DNA of 64,000 nucleotides from a virus (taxonomy: Duplodnaviria; Caudoviricetes), in IMG/VR virus record IMGVR_UViG_3300042431_000223, positions 1 to 64,000 of that record; one strand, given 5' to 3'. A program made the translations under genes and the position numbers. Numbering within the stretch: position 1 is the first letter of the stretch; every line of letters starts with the position of its first letter. This document shows positions 44,943 through 55,547 of this stretch, piece by piece. Below the pieces are notes generated by a model. The model saw nothing but the letters and a program-made list of their open reading frames with translations. It was not told where the DNA came from and did no database searches.

Positions 44943-46349
44943 TTAGATCTGGAAGTAGTTGAAGAACGCTGCAATGTTAGCACTACTAATAACGGTGTTT
45001 GCAGTTTCGTTAGCAGTATCTACCATAATCAACAACTCATGACTATTGATTGATTTCTTCTCAAATCCTACTGGAGAGTCATCCAAGAATTTGATAGAAA
45101 GTACGTTGTATAACAAAGTACTGTTCACATACAAATATTGGTTTACATCCTCGTTGTAGATAGGATTCCAGTAGTAAACAGACTCAGCCACGTTAGGCAA
45201 GTTGTTACGGAAGAAATGACGCTCCAACTCAGCCATTGCACTACCCACACCAATTGGGTACTTAATGTCTTGAGTTTTAGTTACAGCCCAAGGACCAATA
45301 ATATCTTCGATATCAAAGTCTTGAGTAGTAAACGGTGCTTTAGCTACTAGTACGTTGAAACGAACCAAGTTGAATACATAAGGAACTGCATCAGGAACAC
45401 AAGCGTTTCCAAAAGCGTCCAAAGCTTTACCTTCCAATTTGATACCACAAGCAGTTACTGAACTAGCAGTTACTAACTGTCTTTCCCACGCAATACCGTT
45501 GAAAGTAGGCATGTCGTTTACGTTTGCAATCAAAGGAGTTGCAATCTCGAACATGGTGTTACCAGTAGTGTTTGCATCATCAGCACCGTCAGCATCAGCA
45601 GTCACGGTGATAGTACCGTAAGTACCTGATGGGTAGTAAGGTTGCAAAGTAGAACTAATGTAAGTTGCAGCAGCACCCGAAGCAAAAGTATCAGGAACAG
45701 TCAAAGTGTATTTGAAAGTAGGAGCACTACCTTTAAATACATGAGTTGCAGTTACATACTTACTCAACAAAGGGTTAGCATTTACTTTTCTAACTAACTC
45801 TTGGATATAGTCGTAGCAGTTTAAAGCATCACAACCACCACCGCACTCGGTACATTTAACAGTTTTAACTGAAACTGATTCTTGAATCATTGGTTGGTAT
45901 ACACCTTTAGACCAATATTCGTCAATCTTCAAAGTTAAAACATACTCTTCGTCACAAGCAAAAGTAGGTGATTTAAAGTCGTTAACTTCATCAAAACCTA
46001 CGTAAGTAATTTGCTGTCTAGTTACAGAAGGATTTTCTGCAGCTACATAAGACACTTGAGTTACTTTACCTTTACGGATAGTAGGAGACTTAAAGCTACC
46101 AAATTTAGAAGCAACACCAACTGCTGAGGTACCCATAGCAACGATAACCTCTTTAAAAGGTTGAGTTGCAGATGGAGTAGGAGCACCAGCAGTATAGTTT
46201 ACTGATTGCCATCCTGCTAATTGGTCAGTACCTGACACATAAGTAGGAGTAAAAACGCCAAGGATACGAGCACCTAATTGGTCGAATCCGTTTCCAGTTG
46301 TAGTGTATTTGTTAGTAGGAACAAATACTTGGGTGAAATCGTAGTTCAT
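44943..46349 (-). CDS. Conserved crAss-like structural protein (auxiliary capsid protein, crAss001 gp36-like by synteny)
   Basis: 468 aa, beta-rich, with a CTECGGGC motif; third gene after MCP; followed by a terminator. Confidence 0.65.
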   Translation of the reverse strand: MNYDFTQVFVPTNKYTTTGNGFDQLGARILGVFTPTYVSGTDQLAGWQSVNYTAGAPTPSATQPFKEVIVAMGTSAVGVASKFGSFKSPTIRKGKVTQVSYVAAENPSVTRQQITYVGFDEVNDFKSPTFACDEEYVLTLKIDEYWSKGVYQPMIQESVSVKTVKCTECGGGCDALNCYDYIQELVRKVNANPLLSKYVTATHVFKGSAPTFKYTLTVPDTFASGAAATYISSTLQPYYPSGTYGTITVTADADGADDANTTGNTMFEIATPLIANVNDMPTFNGIAWERQLVTASSVTACGIKLEGKALDAFGNACVPDAVPYVFNLVRFNVLVAKAPFTTQDFDIEDIIGPWAVTKTQDIKYPIGVGSAMAELERHFFRNNLPNVAESVYYWNPIYNEDVNQYLYVNSTLLYNVLSIKFLDDSPVGFEKKSINSHELLIMVDTANETANTVISSANIAAFFNYFQI

Positions 46350-46366
46350 TTTTTTATATTTTTAGT

Positions 46367-47083
46367 TTATTCTGAGTTTTTAACACTTCTGTCCTCTGCA
46401 AAAACTGCTTGAGCTTGATTGTCTAATGATTGCGCAGCAAATTTACTAGCTAAATTCAGGATGTCTGGTTTAGCGTAGTACGGCAGTTCACAGTCTTGCT
46501 TACTAGAATCCATTCCATCTAGTTTGATGTAGCCTTCTGAATCGATTAGCTTTGGATACCTTAGATAAGTCAAGTAAAGATTTTCAAGTTCAAACGTGTC
46601 GTCAGTATATACCGTGATGTTATCTTGGCCTATTGTTGCAAATGTGTTTCTCCATTCAAAGGAGGGGCTAAAGTTTGCATCAAAGTATAGTGTCGACAGA
46701 TCGTTTTGTCTTATCAAATCTACTGATAAACCTGTTTTGCATTCTCCCTTCCTAGCTCCTGCATGAGACATTACGTACATCATGTAGTCAGGAAGAGTTT
46801 TTAAATCAGCTTTATAGCCTTTGTGAAGAACGTCTGTTGTTTTAATTAATGGTAAAGAAGCATCATCGACTTTCAAAGTTTGAAGATCGTCAATCCTCTT
46901 TCTAGTTCCCTCGTACCCGTCTCTAAAAATGTTGTTTTCTCCTATCTTAGATTTAATCCATGAGAGTTGCCCCTGGTTCAAGAAAACCAAAATATCTTCC
47001 AATGGAATCTGCACGTTATCTTGGCGATCCATTTTATTTAAGTTTAACTTAAACTCGTATATCAACTCTTCTACTGGTATCAT
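46367..47083 (-). CDS. Head-tail ring/adaptor protein
   Basis: 238 aa; FLNQGQ...GYEGTRKRIDDL and YLTYLRYPKLI...CELP crAss ring-type motifs. Confidence 0.72.
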   Translation of the reverse strand: MIPVEELIYEFKLNLNKMDRQDNVQIPLEDILVFLNQGQLSWIKSKIGENNIFRDGYEGTRKRIDDLQTLKVDDASLPLIKTTDVLHKGYKADLKTLPDYMMYVMSHAGARKGECKTGLSVDLIRQNDLSTLYFDANFSPSFEWRNTFATIGQDNITVYTDDTFELENLYLTYLRYPKLIDSEGYIKLDGMDSSKQDCELPYYAKPDILNLASKFAAQSLDNQAQAVFAEDRSVKNSE

Positions 47084-47084
47084 C

Positions 47085-48026
47085 TTACAATACGGTTAAC
47101 TTCATTTTATTTTTTACTTTATCTTTAAAGGCATCGTACACATCAGAGTTCTTAGGGTCAGCTAAAATCAACTCAAGTTCTTCAATTGATTTAGCCCACA
47201 CATGCTCTCCTTCATATACAATAGAACCTTTAACTCTAACTACGTTGTAGTCAATCAAATCACGGATAAGAGTTTTGATTGCCAAAATCTCTTCACTGTA
47301 ATTGGTGATTTTCGTAAACGCAGCAATTGGGTCCTGTTCAAGTGCTGTTGCAGGAATTCTCAAATATTCATCAAGAGCATTGTAGATTTCCTCCTCGCTT
47401 GCATCTCCTGGTAATCCTAAGCCAAGCAACTTTTGAACTTTCTTACGTTTAACTGCTGTCATTTTATCTAATGCAGCAATCGCACTGTTAATTTTCTTTT
47501 TGCGTTCAAAAGCACTCTTAGATTCAACTTCTCCATCATGTACATAGAAACGTACAATAGAGCCGTCAGACTTTCCAGTTTCAATGTCTTCAATATTACG
47601 AGCAACCATATCAGTTTCCATTAACCAAAAGAAGTTAACAGCATCTCTAGGATTCTCTAGGTTAAAAACATTGTCACCATCTTCTAAGGTAAAACCATTG
47701 TCTTTTATTTCGTCATAGAACGTACTTGTGGGATCAAGAGATTCATCTAGGATAGATTCGTAGTAAGTCTTCAAAAACTTAATCCGTTGAATTTCTTGTT
47801 CTCTCACTTCAGGGTCTTCAATCGCACGCAACTTCATTGCGTTCTCATCAAGTCCTGTTCTTATTACTCCACGTGAGTCAACACGAGGGTAAAATTTTTT
47901 TGATGTACCTGGGATGAAATTAAATCCCTCCCTGTACAGTGATCCTTCTAAACTTCTTTCGTTAGCAGGTTCTTTGCGGTAAGGTTTAATAATTTTCGTA
48001 CCGCGTGCAATTTGTTGGCCTTTCAT
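47085..48026 (-). CDS. Conserved crAss-like protein downstream of MCP, function unknown
   Basis: 313-aa intact ORF with its own upstream AACCAACC motif; syntenic position. Confidence 0.7.
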   Translation of the reverse strand: MKGQQIARGTKIIKPYRKEPANERSLEGSLYREGFNFIPGTSKKFYPRVDSRGVIRTGLDENAMKLRAIEDPEVREQEIQRIKFLKTYYESILDESLDPTSTFYDEIKDNGFTLEDGDNVFNLENPRDAVNFFWLMETDMVARNIEDIETGKSDGSIVRFYVHDGEVESKSAFERKKKINSAIAALDKMTAVKRKKVQKLLGLGLPGDASEEEIYNALDEYLRIPATALEQDPIAAFTKITNYSEEILAIKTLIRDLIDYNVVRVKGSIVYEGEHVWAKSIEELELILADPKNSDVYDAFKDKVKNKMKLTVL

Positions 48027-48061
48027 TTTTTTGGTTGGTTTGTTTTAGTTAATCTTATATC

Positions 48062-48089
48062 TTTAAAGGGGGAGTTTTAAGGCTCCCCC
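48062..48089 (-). terminator. Probable terminator/attenuator after MCP
   Basis: Minus strand GGGGGAG-CCTTAAAA-CTCCCCC-TTT; the U-tract is short. Confidence 0.62.
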
Positions 48090-48106
48090 GTCAAAGACCG
48101 CTTAGA

Positions 48107-49636
48107 TTACAAGCGTGGGTATTCTTTAATGATTACAGTTCTAGTTGGATCTTCCAAGAAGATACCTGCAAAATCCTTCATAATGTAAGTGCTATAAGGA
48201 TCCTTATTTGCAATTACAGTTTGTTGGCTTCCGAATCCTACTGAACCTGGGATGTACTGATAGTACATGTTAGGACGAGTAGACAATTTCACCTCACGGA
48301 TACCTGAATCTTCTTGACCTGATACGTCAAGTACGATAAAGATTGGAGGAGTTTTCTTATTAGGACCAAGCTCCAAGAAAGTAGCATGCATGTTCAACTG
48401 TTCCAATTCTACGAACTCAACAGGACCAGTTTCGGTAGTCATGTAGTGGTCAAATTGGAAAGCATAACCTTGCTTCAAACGATCTTTACCGTCCAAGAAT
48501 TTGTCAGCAGATACCATAAAGTTTGCACTGTTGAAATCCTTTTTGATAGCAGTAGAAGCCAATTCCATACCTGCACGGTTGGTATAAACTTTTACGCTAC
48601 GGTCTTTTACAAGTACACGGTTGTAGAACAAATCTCCAATTGCAGTACGAATTAAGTTTAAGCTGAACTGACCACGGTCGTATTGGATTACGTTACCAAG
48701 GTGCAATTGCTGCCACAAACCTTGCTTCATACGAGTTGAGCGGCCTTTTTCGTCTTTGGTTTGACCTTGACGACCCCACATCAACATGTTTGCTTTCATG
48801 CGCATCATTTCCATACGCAACAAACGAGATACAGTTGGTTCCCAACCTACAATCTTTGTCTTCTCTGCTTCAGCAGTAGGATCAGTCAAAGTGTAGTAAG
48901 TCAAGTCCATAGGATTACCAGTTGCGTCAGTCTGCATACCAAGTTTAGTAGCATCAGCCCAGTCAGTAATAGTGTGTTCTACACCATATTGACTCAATAC
49001 GTCAGCCATAACTTCCAAGTGACCGTCAAACAATCCTAAGCTAGAGAACGAAGTGGTATACTCGCCCAATACGTTACCTACTTTGAAGTACTCAGTACCT
49101 ACTACTAAGAAACGTTGGTTAACAAAATCAGTGCTGTTAGCAGCAACTGCACGGCAACGATACTTGAAACCGTTCTGGTAACGCTCAGCTTCACCTACGA
49201 TTTGTACCAAAGTTTCTTGCTCGTAACGGTGTGCAGAAATGATATCGTTTACAACAAAACCTTGTTTGTCAAATACGATCTCAAACTCCTGGCCATCAAT
49301 ACCTGGTCTTGCTTGAGCAGTAGCCAAGTTGATAATAACTTTAGGAAGTTCTGCACGCTTCTTGATTTTGTAGGTAAAGATACCGTTAGGATCGTTCACC
49401 ATGAATGGCTTACCATTCTTCATCACCAAGTCTAACAAATCGTTAGAATACAAGCGAGTGTCAGTGAAAAGACGCAACATGATTTTGTCATACTGGTCAG
49501 GCTTAGTTTTTAACATAGACTCGACAAAGTTCTTGTCAGTCAGTTTACCCAAACTATTCTTAGAATAGTATGAGCTTGTAACGTGCGCATTCGCTATGAC
49601 GCGACCGTTAACTCTTGGAATGTTTTGATTAGGCAT
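48107..49636 (-). CDS. Major capsid protein (crAss-like HK97 fold)
   Basis: 509 aa; MLMWGRQG...QGLWQQL...KVYTNRAG...AGIFLEDPTR pattern; located after portal and the acidic scaffold-like gene; high-expression codon bias; terminator downstream. Confidence 0.88.
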   Translation of the reverse strand: MPNQNIPRVNGRVIANAHVTSSYYSKNSLGKLTDKNFVESMLKTKPDQYDKIMLRLFTDTRLYSNDLLDLVMKNGKPFMVNDPNGIFTYKIKKRAELPKVIINLATAQARPGIDGQEFEIVFDKQGFVVNDIISAHRYEQETLVQIVGEAERYQNGFKYRCRAVAANSTDFVNQRFLVVGTEYFKVGNVLGEYTTSFSSLGLFDGHLEVMADVLSQYGVEHTITDWADATKLGMQTDATGNPMDLTYYTLTDPTAEAEKTKIVGWEPTVSRLLRMEMMRMKANMLMWGRQGQTKDEKGRSTRMKQGLWQQLHLGNVIQYDRGQFSLNLIRTAIGDLFYNRVLVKDRSVKVYTNRAGMELASTAIKKDFNSANFMVSADKFLDGKDRLKQGYAFQFDHYMTTETGPVEFVELEQLNMHATFLELGPNKKTPPIFIVLDVSGQEDSGIREVKLSTRPNMYYQYIPGSVGFGSQQTVIANKDPYSTYIMKDFAGIFLEDPTRTVIIKEYPRL

Positions 49637-49660
49637 TGTATTTTAGTTTATGTGTCTTAT

Positions 49661-50884
49661 TTATCTACCGAAGAAATTATTAAAGAGTTGGGTCTCTTTT
49701 CTAGGTTCTCCTTTGGTTCCTTTTTTAGACTTGTTTTGTAGTTCCTTGAAGATTGAGTTAGTCTCTTCGCTGATTCCTTTTTTCTTAACTGGAGTTAAGT
49801 CTAAGTCAGCTTGAACTAATCTCGCTACTGCTAAAAACTTTTGAGGATCTTCTTGACGCATCTTAGCTAGAGTATATTCAAACTCACTGATTTTTTGTCC
49901 GTTAGGCAACTGATAACTTCTATTAGTTACATAATCAAACAATTCAGAAGCTTGGTTTTGATTAATAGGATATCCATTAATCTCTCCTGCTTTAATTGCT
50001 CCTTCAAGAGTTTTAATGTAAGACTCTTGTCGTACATTTTCTCTCTCCATGTTTTCTCTTTGACGTTGAGCACTTTGTTCTGCCATAACTTCTCTTTCTT
50101 GGCGACTACGTTCTAATAGTTTAGTGTAGTATCTTTCTGAGAAATTCTCAAGTTTATTAGTCTTGACAGCATACTCTAGTTGCTCTTCGATTTCATCGGC
50201 ATCTAAACCTGTACGGCTTAGGTACTCTCTGAAGATAGCTTCTTGGTTTTGCGGATTTGTTAAGTCTACATTTTCAAGGGCTATCTGCTCGCTGTACTTC
50301 GCTAAGTACTGCTGTACGGGAACTTTGTTAATGAAAAGGTCTTTAACCAATTCAATACCTTCTTGCCCGTAAGCTTCTAAAGCAATGTCCTCAAGTTGTT
50401 TCCACGCTTTGTTCTCTACAGTAGTAGACATCATCTCCAAAAAGGTTTCTTCTGTCCACTCTAATTGGTCGGGATCTACATCTGCACCTAAGTCAAAATG
50501 ACCTGAGCGAAGTAATCCTTTACCAAATGCCTCATAGTAGTTAATGTCATCTGAATCATCATCATCGGCTAAATCATCTGCTGGTGCAGGAGAGTCGTCT
50601 GAGTCATCATTGTCATCACTATCATCTGCATTACCATCATCGTCATCGTCTGTCGAAACTGGTGCAGGTGCAGGTGCAGGTGCAGGTGGATTAGGTTCAG
50701 ACTTCTTGTTTTTCATTGGCAAGTCGTCATCCTCTAAATCCATCTTGTCGCCTCCTAAAATATCAGGCGCAAGATTAGCGTTAGGATCAAACTGAGGATC
50801 TGAAATCGGATCGTCAGCAGCAAAATTTTCAAAGAACTCTAGGTTGTCTAAACCTAGTTGGTCATCGTTTGGGTTGTTATTCAT
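49661..50884 (-). CDS. Acidic scaffold-like protein (crAss gene adjacent to MCP)
   Basis: 407 aa; very acidic N-terminal half with a PAPAPAPAP linker, followed by coiled coil; lies between portal and MCP. Confidence 0.72.
   Translation of the reverse strand: MNNNPNDDQLGLDNLEFFENFAADDPISDPQFDPNANLAPDILGGDKMDLEDDDLPMKNKKSEPNPPAPAPAPAPVSTDDDDDGNADDSDDNDDSDDSPAPADDLADDDDSDDINYYEAFGKGLLRSGHFDLGADVDPDQLEWTEETFLEMMSTTVENKAWKQLEDIALEAYGQEGIELVKDLFINKVPVQQYLAKYSEQIALENVDLTNPQNQEAIFREYLSRTGLDADEIEEQLEYAVKTNKLENFSERYYTKLLERSRQEREVMAEQSAQRQRENMERENVRQESYIKTLEGAIKAGEINGYPINQNQASELFDYVTNRSYQLPNGQKISEFEYTLAKMRQEDPQKFLAVARLVQADLDLTPVKKKGISEETNSIFKELQNKSKKGTKGEPRKETQLFNNFFGR
50661..50687. repeat. (GGTGCA)4 hexamer tandem repeat encoding Pro-Ala
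   Basis: ggtgcaggtgcaggtgcaggtgcaggt seen directly. Confidence 0.85.
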
Positions 50885-50913
50885 GACAATTAGTTGGTTG
50901 GTTTGTCTGGTTT

Positions 50914-50943
50914 CAAAGTTATAGTATTAAAAAATTAACACAA
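50914..50943 (-). promoter_or_regulatory. Bacteroidota sigma70-type promoter for the scaffold/MCP operon
   Basis: TTG(50943-50941)-N19-TAACTTTG(50921-50914); followed by CAGACAAACCAACC in the 5' UTR. Confidence 0.8.
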
Positions 50944-50987
50944 TAGGTTAAAAAAAGTGAGTGTGTGAATATAGATAAAAGAGAATC

Positions 50988-53438
50988 TTATTTCTTTTTA
51001 TCGTACTTATTCTTGTTTTGTTTAGCTATCTGAAGCTTAGTATCTATGTCTTTTTCCTTTAAGTCTAATTCTCTATTCTTAAGTTTAACCTGCTCGTCAT
51101 TCTTCATCTGTTCAAAACGCATCTTAGATTGTTCTTTAGCTACGTTGGTTTGTTGGATAAGTAAGGGAGTCAAATCTTTTTCTTGTGAGAATGAACCTTC
51201 GTTAGCAATACCACGTAAACGTTCTACGTCAAGTCTATTCTGACGGTCAAGTTCCTTATTCATATCCTCACGACGAGCTTCTTCTGCTTTCTGTTGAGCG
51301 TCCATTTGCATCTTAGCTTGGAACTGCTGATTCTGCATTTCCATTTGTTGCTGTTGTTGTTGCATTTGTTGTTGCTGCATAGAAGACTTACGCTCTTGCA
51401 CTCCTTCTAGAACTTTACGTAAAGAACGTTCTGACGCTGCTGTGTACAGGTCAAAGATTTCTAAAAGCTCTGCTCCATTCTGAAGGGCAGGTTGTGCTAA
51501 ACTACGAAGTTGCTCTAAAGTAACTCTGTCCTCAGCATAAGAAGTCACAAACACGAAAAGTTCGCGAAGTAACTCATTCTTAGTTATACGTAAGAATACA
51601 GTTTCTAACTCTGAGTTTAGATAATTTAAAGTTGAAGTAGGTTTCTGTAACTCTGTGTATTGAGCCATCTCAAGCATTGTTTGGTAGACTTGTTGCATTA
51701 CATTATCATGCCAAGCAAACCAAGTTTCTGTTTGAGAAAATGATTGGGTTAAACCTTCTTTAGTTGCAGTTGCAGTTTCAGAAGGAGTAATAGAACCTAA
51801 ACGCTGACGAGTCACACCAATCAACTCATAAGCTTCTGTACGAAGAGCTTGTGCTAGTTGGATACGAGATTGAATCTCAGCAGTTCTAGTTAAGTCTACA
51901 CGAGACAACTGGTTAAATTGAACTGCACCTCCTGTGTTCTCTGGGGATGTATCAATAAACAATGTACCTCTGTTCTTAGCGTTCCATAACATTGTTTCAA
52001 TAGGATCTTGAGAGTCTTTTTTAGGAACTACTTTCATATCTCCTAAGAATACTACCCCAATCTCTTTCTCTAGTAATTCCCATAATTGGTTCATACAAAT
52101 GTTGTAGAGTACTTGGTACGGCTTAAGAAGGTCAAGCAAAGATTTACCTTGAGTATTACGAGTTGTATTAACTATACCTACAATCGGAGGCGTTTGACTA
52201 TACTCTAAAGGTTCTACGTCAATGTAAATGTCGGCACCAATCTTAATGCCTTTCCACCACTCGTTAATCCATAACTCATCCAAGGCAATATCTCCCATTG
52301 TCTTGTCGTACTTGTAATCTTCAGAAACAAACTGTTCTTGTAAGTATCCCTCTTCGTCAATGTATTGACGTTTGTAGATTTTCTTTTTAGACTGCCAGTA
52401 ACAAGTAACTACTGTATATGCATGCTGTGAGTTAAACGAAAATACGTTATGGTCAATACCGCCATTAGCAAAGTCACCTACGTTCTCAAATGTTAATTGC
52501 CACAAGGGATCATTAGGATCTGGAAGTGCAGGAGACAATGGAGAGTATTCGTTGTTACGAAGATTCTGTAAAGAACGACTATTCAAGTGTTTTACTTCTT
52601 CACCTGAAAGATTATATCTTTCTACAATCTCACTCATAGACAGTACTTCAATAGTACCTAATGCCCAACAATCTGATGTATACATAGCGTTACGATTTGC
52701 TAAGTACCATACGTTAGAAGGGTTTTCTACTTTATAGTTAAAACCTATACGTGAGTTGTCTGGGTAAAAATGATGAAATTCTTGTCCTGTAATTAAAAAG
52801 TCTAAAAAAGCTTGACTAGACTTTTCTTTTAGTCTGAAGGCATACTTCAAAGCATTAAGAACTTTGTTGCCCCATTCTTCTGCAGTTGATGTGTAATCCA
52901 AAATCTTATTTTGAATTTCAGTCATCATCTCAGCTTGAATTTGTTCTACCTGTTCAGGAGGCATTCCTTCTAAACTAGCCATCATCTTGTTCATAAAGAA
53001 CTCTTTAATCAAGTCCGTTCTGAAGTCGATGTTCTCATCTATACTAGCATCATCAACCGCTTTTACTTTATACTTAAAAGGTCTATTAATTAACTCTCCT
53101 TTTAGTTGATTAATAGGAGGATTGACAATTGGATAGTGTCTTAAATGCTGTGGGATATCTGGCTCTTGGTCAGGAGTATCTGTTAAGTAATTTAAGATTT
53201 CTTGAATCTGAGGTTCGTTATTGTAATCGTCAAAGTTAAACTCTCCGTTAAACAGACGGTAGTTTTTGCGGAACTTAACATTTTGACGGTACTGTGCAAA
53301 AGCAATATTTGCAAAATAATCTAAGGTCGATTTAATCCACTGAGGCTTCTTTTTTCTAGAACTAGAAACAAATTGTTCTGGGTAAAAGTATGCGTGGTTA
53401 AGTGGATCTGTGTACTCTTTGAGTGCTTCTATAATCAT
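50988..53438 (-). CDS. Portal protein
   Basis: 816 aa; HYPIVNPPINQLKGE; directly after TerL; C-terminal Gln-rich coiled coil typical of podophage/crAss portals. Confidence 0.88.
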   Translation of the reverse strand: MIIEALKEYTDPLNHAYFYPEQFVSSSRKKKPQWIKSTLDYFANIAFAQYRQNVKFRKNYRLFNGEFNFDDYNNEPQIQEILNYLTDTPDQEPDIPQHLRHYPIVNPPINQLKGELINRPFKYKVKAVDDASIDENIDFRTDLIKEFFMNKMMASLEGMPPEQVEQIQAEMMTEIQNKILDYTSTAEEWGNKVLNALKYAFRLKEKSSQAFLDFLITGQEFHHFYPDNSRIGFNYKVENPSNVWYLANRNAMYTSDCWALGTIEVLSMSEIVERYNLSGEEVKHLNSRSLQNLRNNEYSPLSPALPDPNDPLWQLTFENVGDFANGGIDHNVFSFNSQHAYTVVTCYWQSKKKIYKRQYIDEEGYLQEQFVSEDYKYDKTMGDIALDELWINEWWKGIKIGADIYIDVEPLEYSQTPPIVGIVNTTRNTQGKSLLDLLKPYQVLYNICMNQLWELLEKEIGVVFLGDMKVVPKKDSQDPIETMLWNAKNRGTLFIDTSPENTGGAVQFNQLSRVDLTRTAEIQSRIQLAQALRTEAYELIGVTRQRLGSITPSETATATKEGLTQSFSQTETWFAWHDNVMQQVYQTMLEMAQYTELQKPTSTLNYLNSELETVFLRITKNELLRELFVFVTSYAEDRVTLEQLRSLAQPALQNGAELLEIFDLYTAASERSLRKVLEGVQERKSSMQQQQMQQQQQQMEMQNQQFQAKMQMDAQQKAEEARREDMNKELDRQNRLDVERLRGIANEGSFSQEKDLTPLLIQQTNVAKEQSKMRFEQMKNDEQVKLKNRELDLKEKDIDTKLQIAKQNKNKYDKKK

Positions 53439-53537
53439 AACAATGGATGTTAATGTATTAACTTGTAAAGTATAACTAGCGGTAAAAATAATACCAAATC
53501 TTAATTTTGGTACTCAAAATTTTAAAATAACTATACT

Positions 53538-55547
53538 TTAGCGTCGGAATGGGCTACCGCTAGTCCTAAAAAGTTGTCTAGATTTCGTTGTTTTAAAGTA
53601 ATCTTTCATACGAGCGTCTTCTGTAGAGGACACTAATACAGACTTACTGTTTAAAGACTTTGCCATAGCTAGGGTAAGGCCAAAGGAAATAACTCGGTCG
53701 ACGTTTAACTTGGGAGTAAACTTAATTAATTCTTTTAAAAGTAAAGGATCTAAAATTCTAGTAACTCCAAGTCTTTCTTTAATTACGTTTCCTGCCTCAT
53801 CTGTCTCTCGGTCTATTACCTCAGTAATGTATTCTATAATCAAAGAGTTTAAGTAATCCTTAATGTCAGTAGTCATGTGAATTCCATACTCACGATTTAC
53901 CGCACTATTAGGGTGAATGTCGTTTAAGAATGAAGGTGTACGCTCTAAGTAAAATGCAGACTCATTCTTTTCAATACAATGCTGAATAAATCCCATATCC
54001 ATGTTTTCACAAAGAGTCTTTGCATTGTAGTACTTAAGAAGCATTTTAGTTGTTTCATACCAAGTTTCTATTTTCTTAGGACGACCTGTGTAGGCAGCCA
54101 CTACAATGTTAGACCAACCTTCCCCAGCAATATCATGTACTCTCTTATATATGTAAGTAGAGCCTAATGAGGTAGAGTACTTGGCTTGAGATTGTTTGTA
54201 TGGGTCAGTTCCTGCTGTGTACAGTCCGTAGGGTGCACCTAATATAGGATACTCCCAAATCTGTATGCAACCCTCAAGATTGTCTGTTGGTTTAGAAGGA
54301 AAATTGTTTACAGGTTTTTTGTCCGTAAACTTGTGGGCAATAGTTCCATCAGACTTTTTAACTAACTCTACATAGTCTGGGTTAGCGTCCAAAGAAGTTA
54401 TCTTTTGTAACTGTTCTTGTAACAGATCTACAGGAAAGATGTTTTGAGAAAGTTCTAAAAAGCATTCTTCATGATTTAATGGATAATACATTACCTCTTT
54501 AAGATATGCCTCTAAACCACTTGACTTCTTAATTTGCTCTCTAGACTTTAAAATTAGTTCCTTTCCTTTTTGCTCATCAGATACCCATATTGTTATATTG
54601 TCTAATTCCGATGAATCTGGACTTTGCAAGTAAAGACCAAAAGGTTTAGGTTCTTTAGGAACCTTCAAAGACTTAGTACCTGGAATAAATAAACCGTAAG
54701 ATTTACCTGAATCTAATGACTCAACAGGAAGAAAGTTATACGCTTCAGGGTTATTGAAGAGTTCTTCAAGATCCCCTGCTTTAGTCATATCTCCCGAAGT
54801 CCCAATGACAAAAGGAGAACAACGCCATCCATATGGGCTGTCAAAACAAGGAGTAGTTGCCGCCAAACAATTGAGAATCTTTCCTTTTCCTCCTTCCTCC
54901 AAGAGAAAAGAAGATAAAGTAAGACCAGCAGCTGCTTCCGTATTGTTGCCCTCATCGAAGTTTCGGATGTGAAATTTGGACCATTCATGTCTTACGTTTT
55001 GTTTGTCTTTGTATCCAAGAGTTACTTGTCGTTTCCAGTCGTCTTCAATACGTGGAAACTTAAAGTACTCGGGTAAATTCCGTAAACCTAAGTCTACGTA
55101 TTCTGTTATGATTTTTAAGTCAGGTCCGTTAAGTGCAGAGATTAAATTGTCGCTACCTTTTTGAGTAACTGATTTATGGGTAATATACGATGAAGTCAAT
55201 ACCGACTTGGATATACGTCGACTACCTACCATCACAACTCCTTTCTTACCGTCAGGATGATTTTCTGCTTTATGGATAGCTTCGTCTACTGCTAGGTACG
55301 TATCCCAAAGCTGAGGACGGTCAAGTTTTCGAACCTGCCGTTTACCTACTATAGTATCTACGTAGATAGACCAATAATTTAAGTGCCAATAAATAAAAGG
55401 AGAAAAGTAAAAACCATTTATAGTTATTCCTTCAGTTATCTTTTTGTCCTCTGCTTCCCAAAAAGAAACATACTCTGACGATTCTTTGTCAGGGACAGAT
55501 TTCATATTAACAAAAAACTCTGGACTGTCCGTATACATATTAACCAA
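53538..55547 (-). CDS. terL: Terminase large subunit
   Basis: Walker A-like GSRRISKS, Walker B FLLEEGGK, coupling motif VIGTSGD, and nuclease domain AGTDPY...NVDRVISF. Confidence 0.92.
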   Translation of the reverse strand: MVNMYTDSPEFFVNMKSVPDKESSEYVSFWEAEDKKITEGITINGFYFSPFIYWHLNYWSIYVDTIVGKRQVRKLDRPQLWDTYLAVDEAIHKAENHPDGKKGVVMVGSRRISKSVLTSSYITHKSVTQKGSDNLISALNGPDLKIITEYVDLGLRNLPEYFKFPRIEDDWKRQVTLGYKDKQNVRHEWSKFHIRNFDEGNNTEAAAGLTLSSFLLEEGGKGKILNCLAATTPCFDSPYGWRCSPFVIGTSGDMTKAGDLEELFNNPEAYNFLPVESLDSGKSYGLFIPGTKSLKVPKEPKPFGLYLQSPDSSELDNITIWVSDEQKGKELILKSREQIKKSSGLEAYLKEVMYYPLNHEECFLELSQNIFPVDLLQEQLQKITSLDANPDYVELVKKSDGTIAHKFTDKKPVNNFPSKPTDNLEGCIQIWEYPILGAPYGLYTAGTDPYKQSQAKYSTSLGSTYIYKRVHDIAGEGWSNIVVAAYTGRPKKIETWYETTKMLLKYYNAKTLCENMDMGFIQHCIEKNESAFYLERTPSFLNDIHPNSAVNREYGIHMTTDIKDYLNSLIIEYITEVIDRETDEAGNVIKERLGVTRILDPLLLKELIKFTPKLNVDRVISFGLTLAMAKSLNSKSVLVSSTEDARMKDYFKTTKSRQLFRTSGSPFRR

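Noticed and set aside
53490-53515. Possible promoter or terminator between TerL and portal (TACCAAA/TTTGGTA inverted repeat; near-match TAAGATTTG)
   Set aside because: The -7 element spacing is off by one and the AT-rich stem is weak, so neither call is supportable.
48107-55547. Introns or inteins in TerL, portal or MCP
   Set aside because: The ORFs are uninterrupted and of ordinary length; I saw no intein (C...HN) or homing-endonuclease motifs. The RNAP is also continuous.
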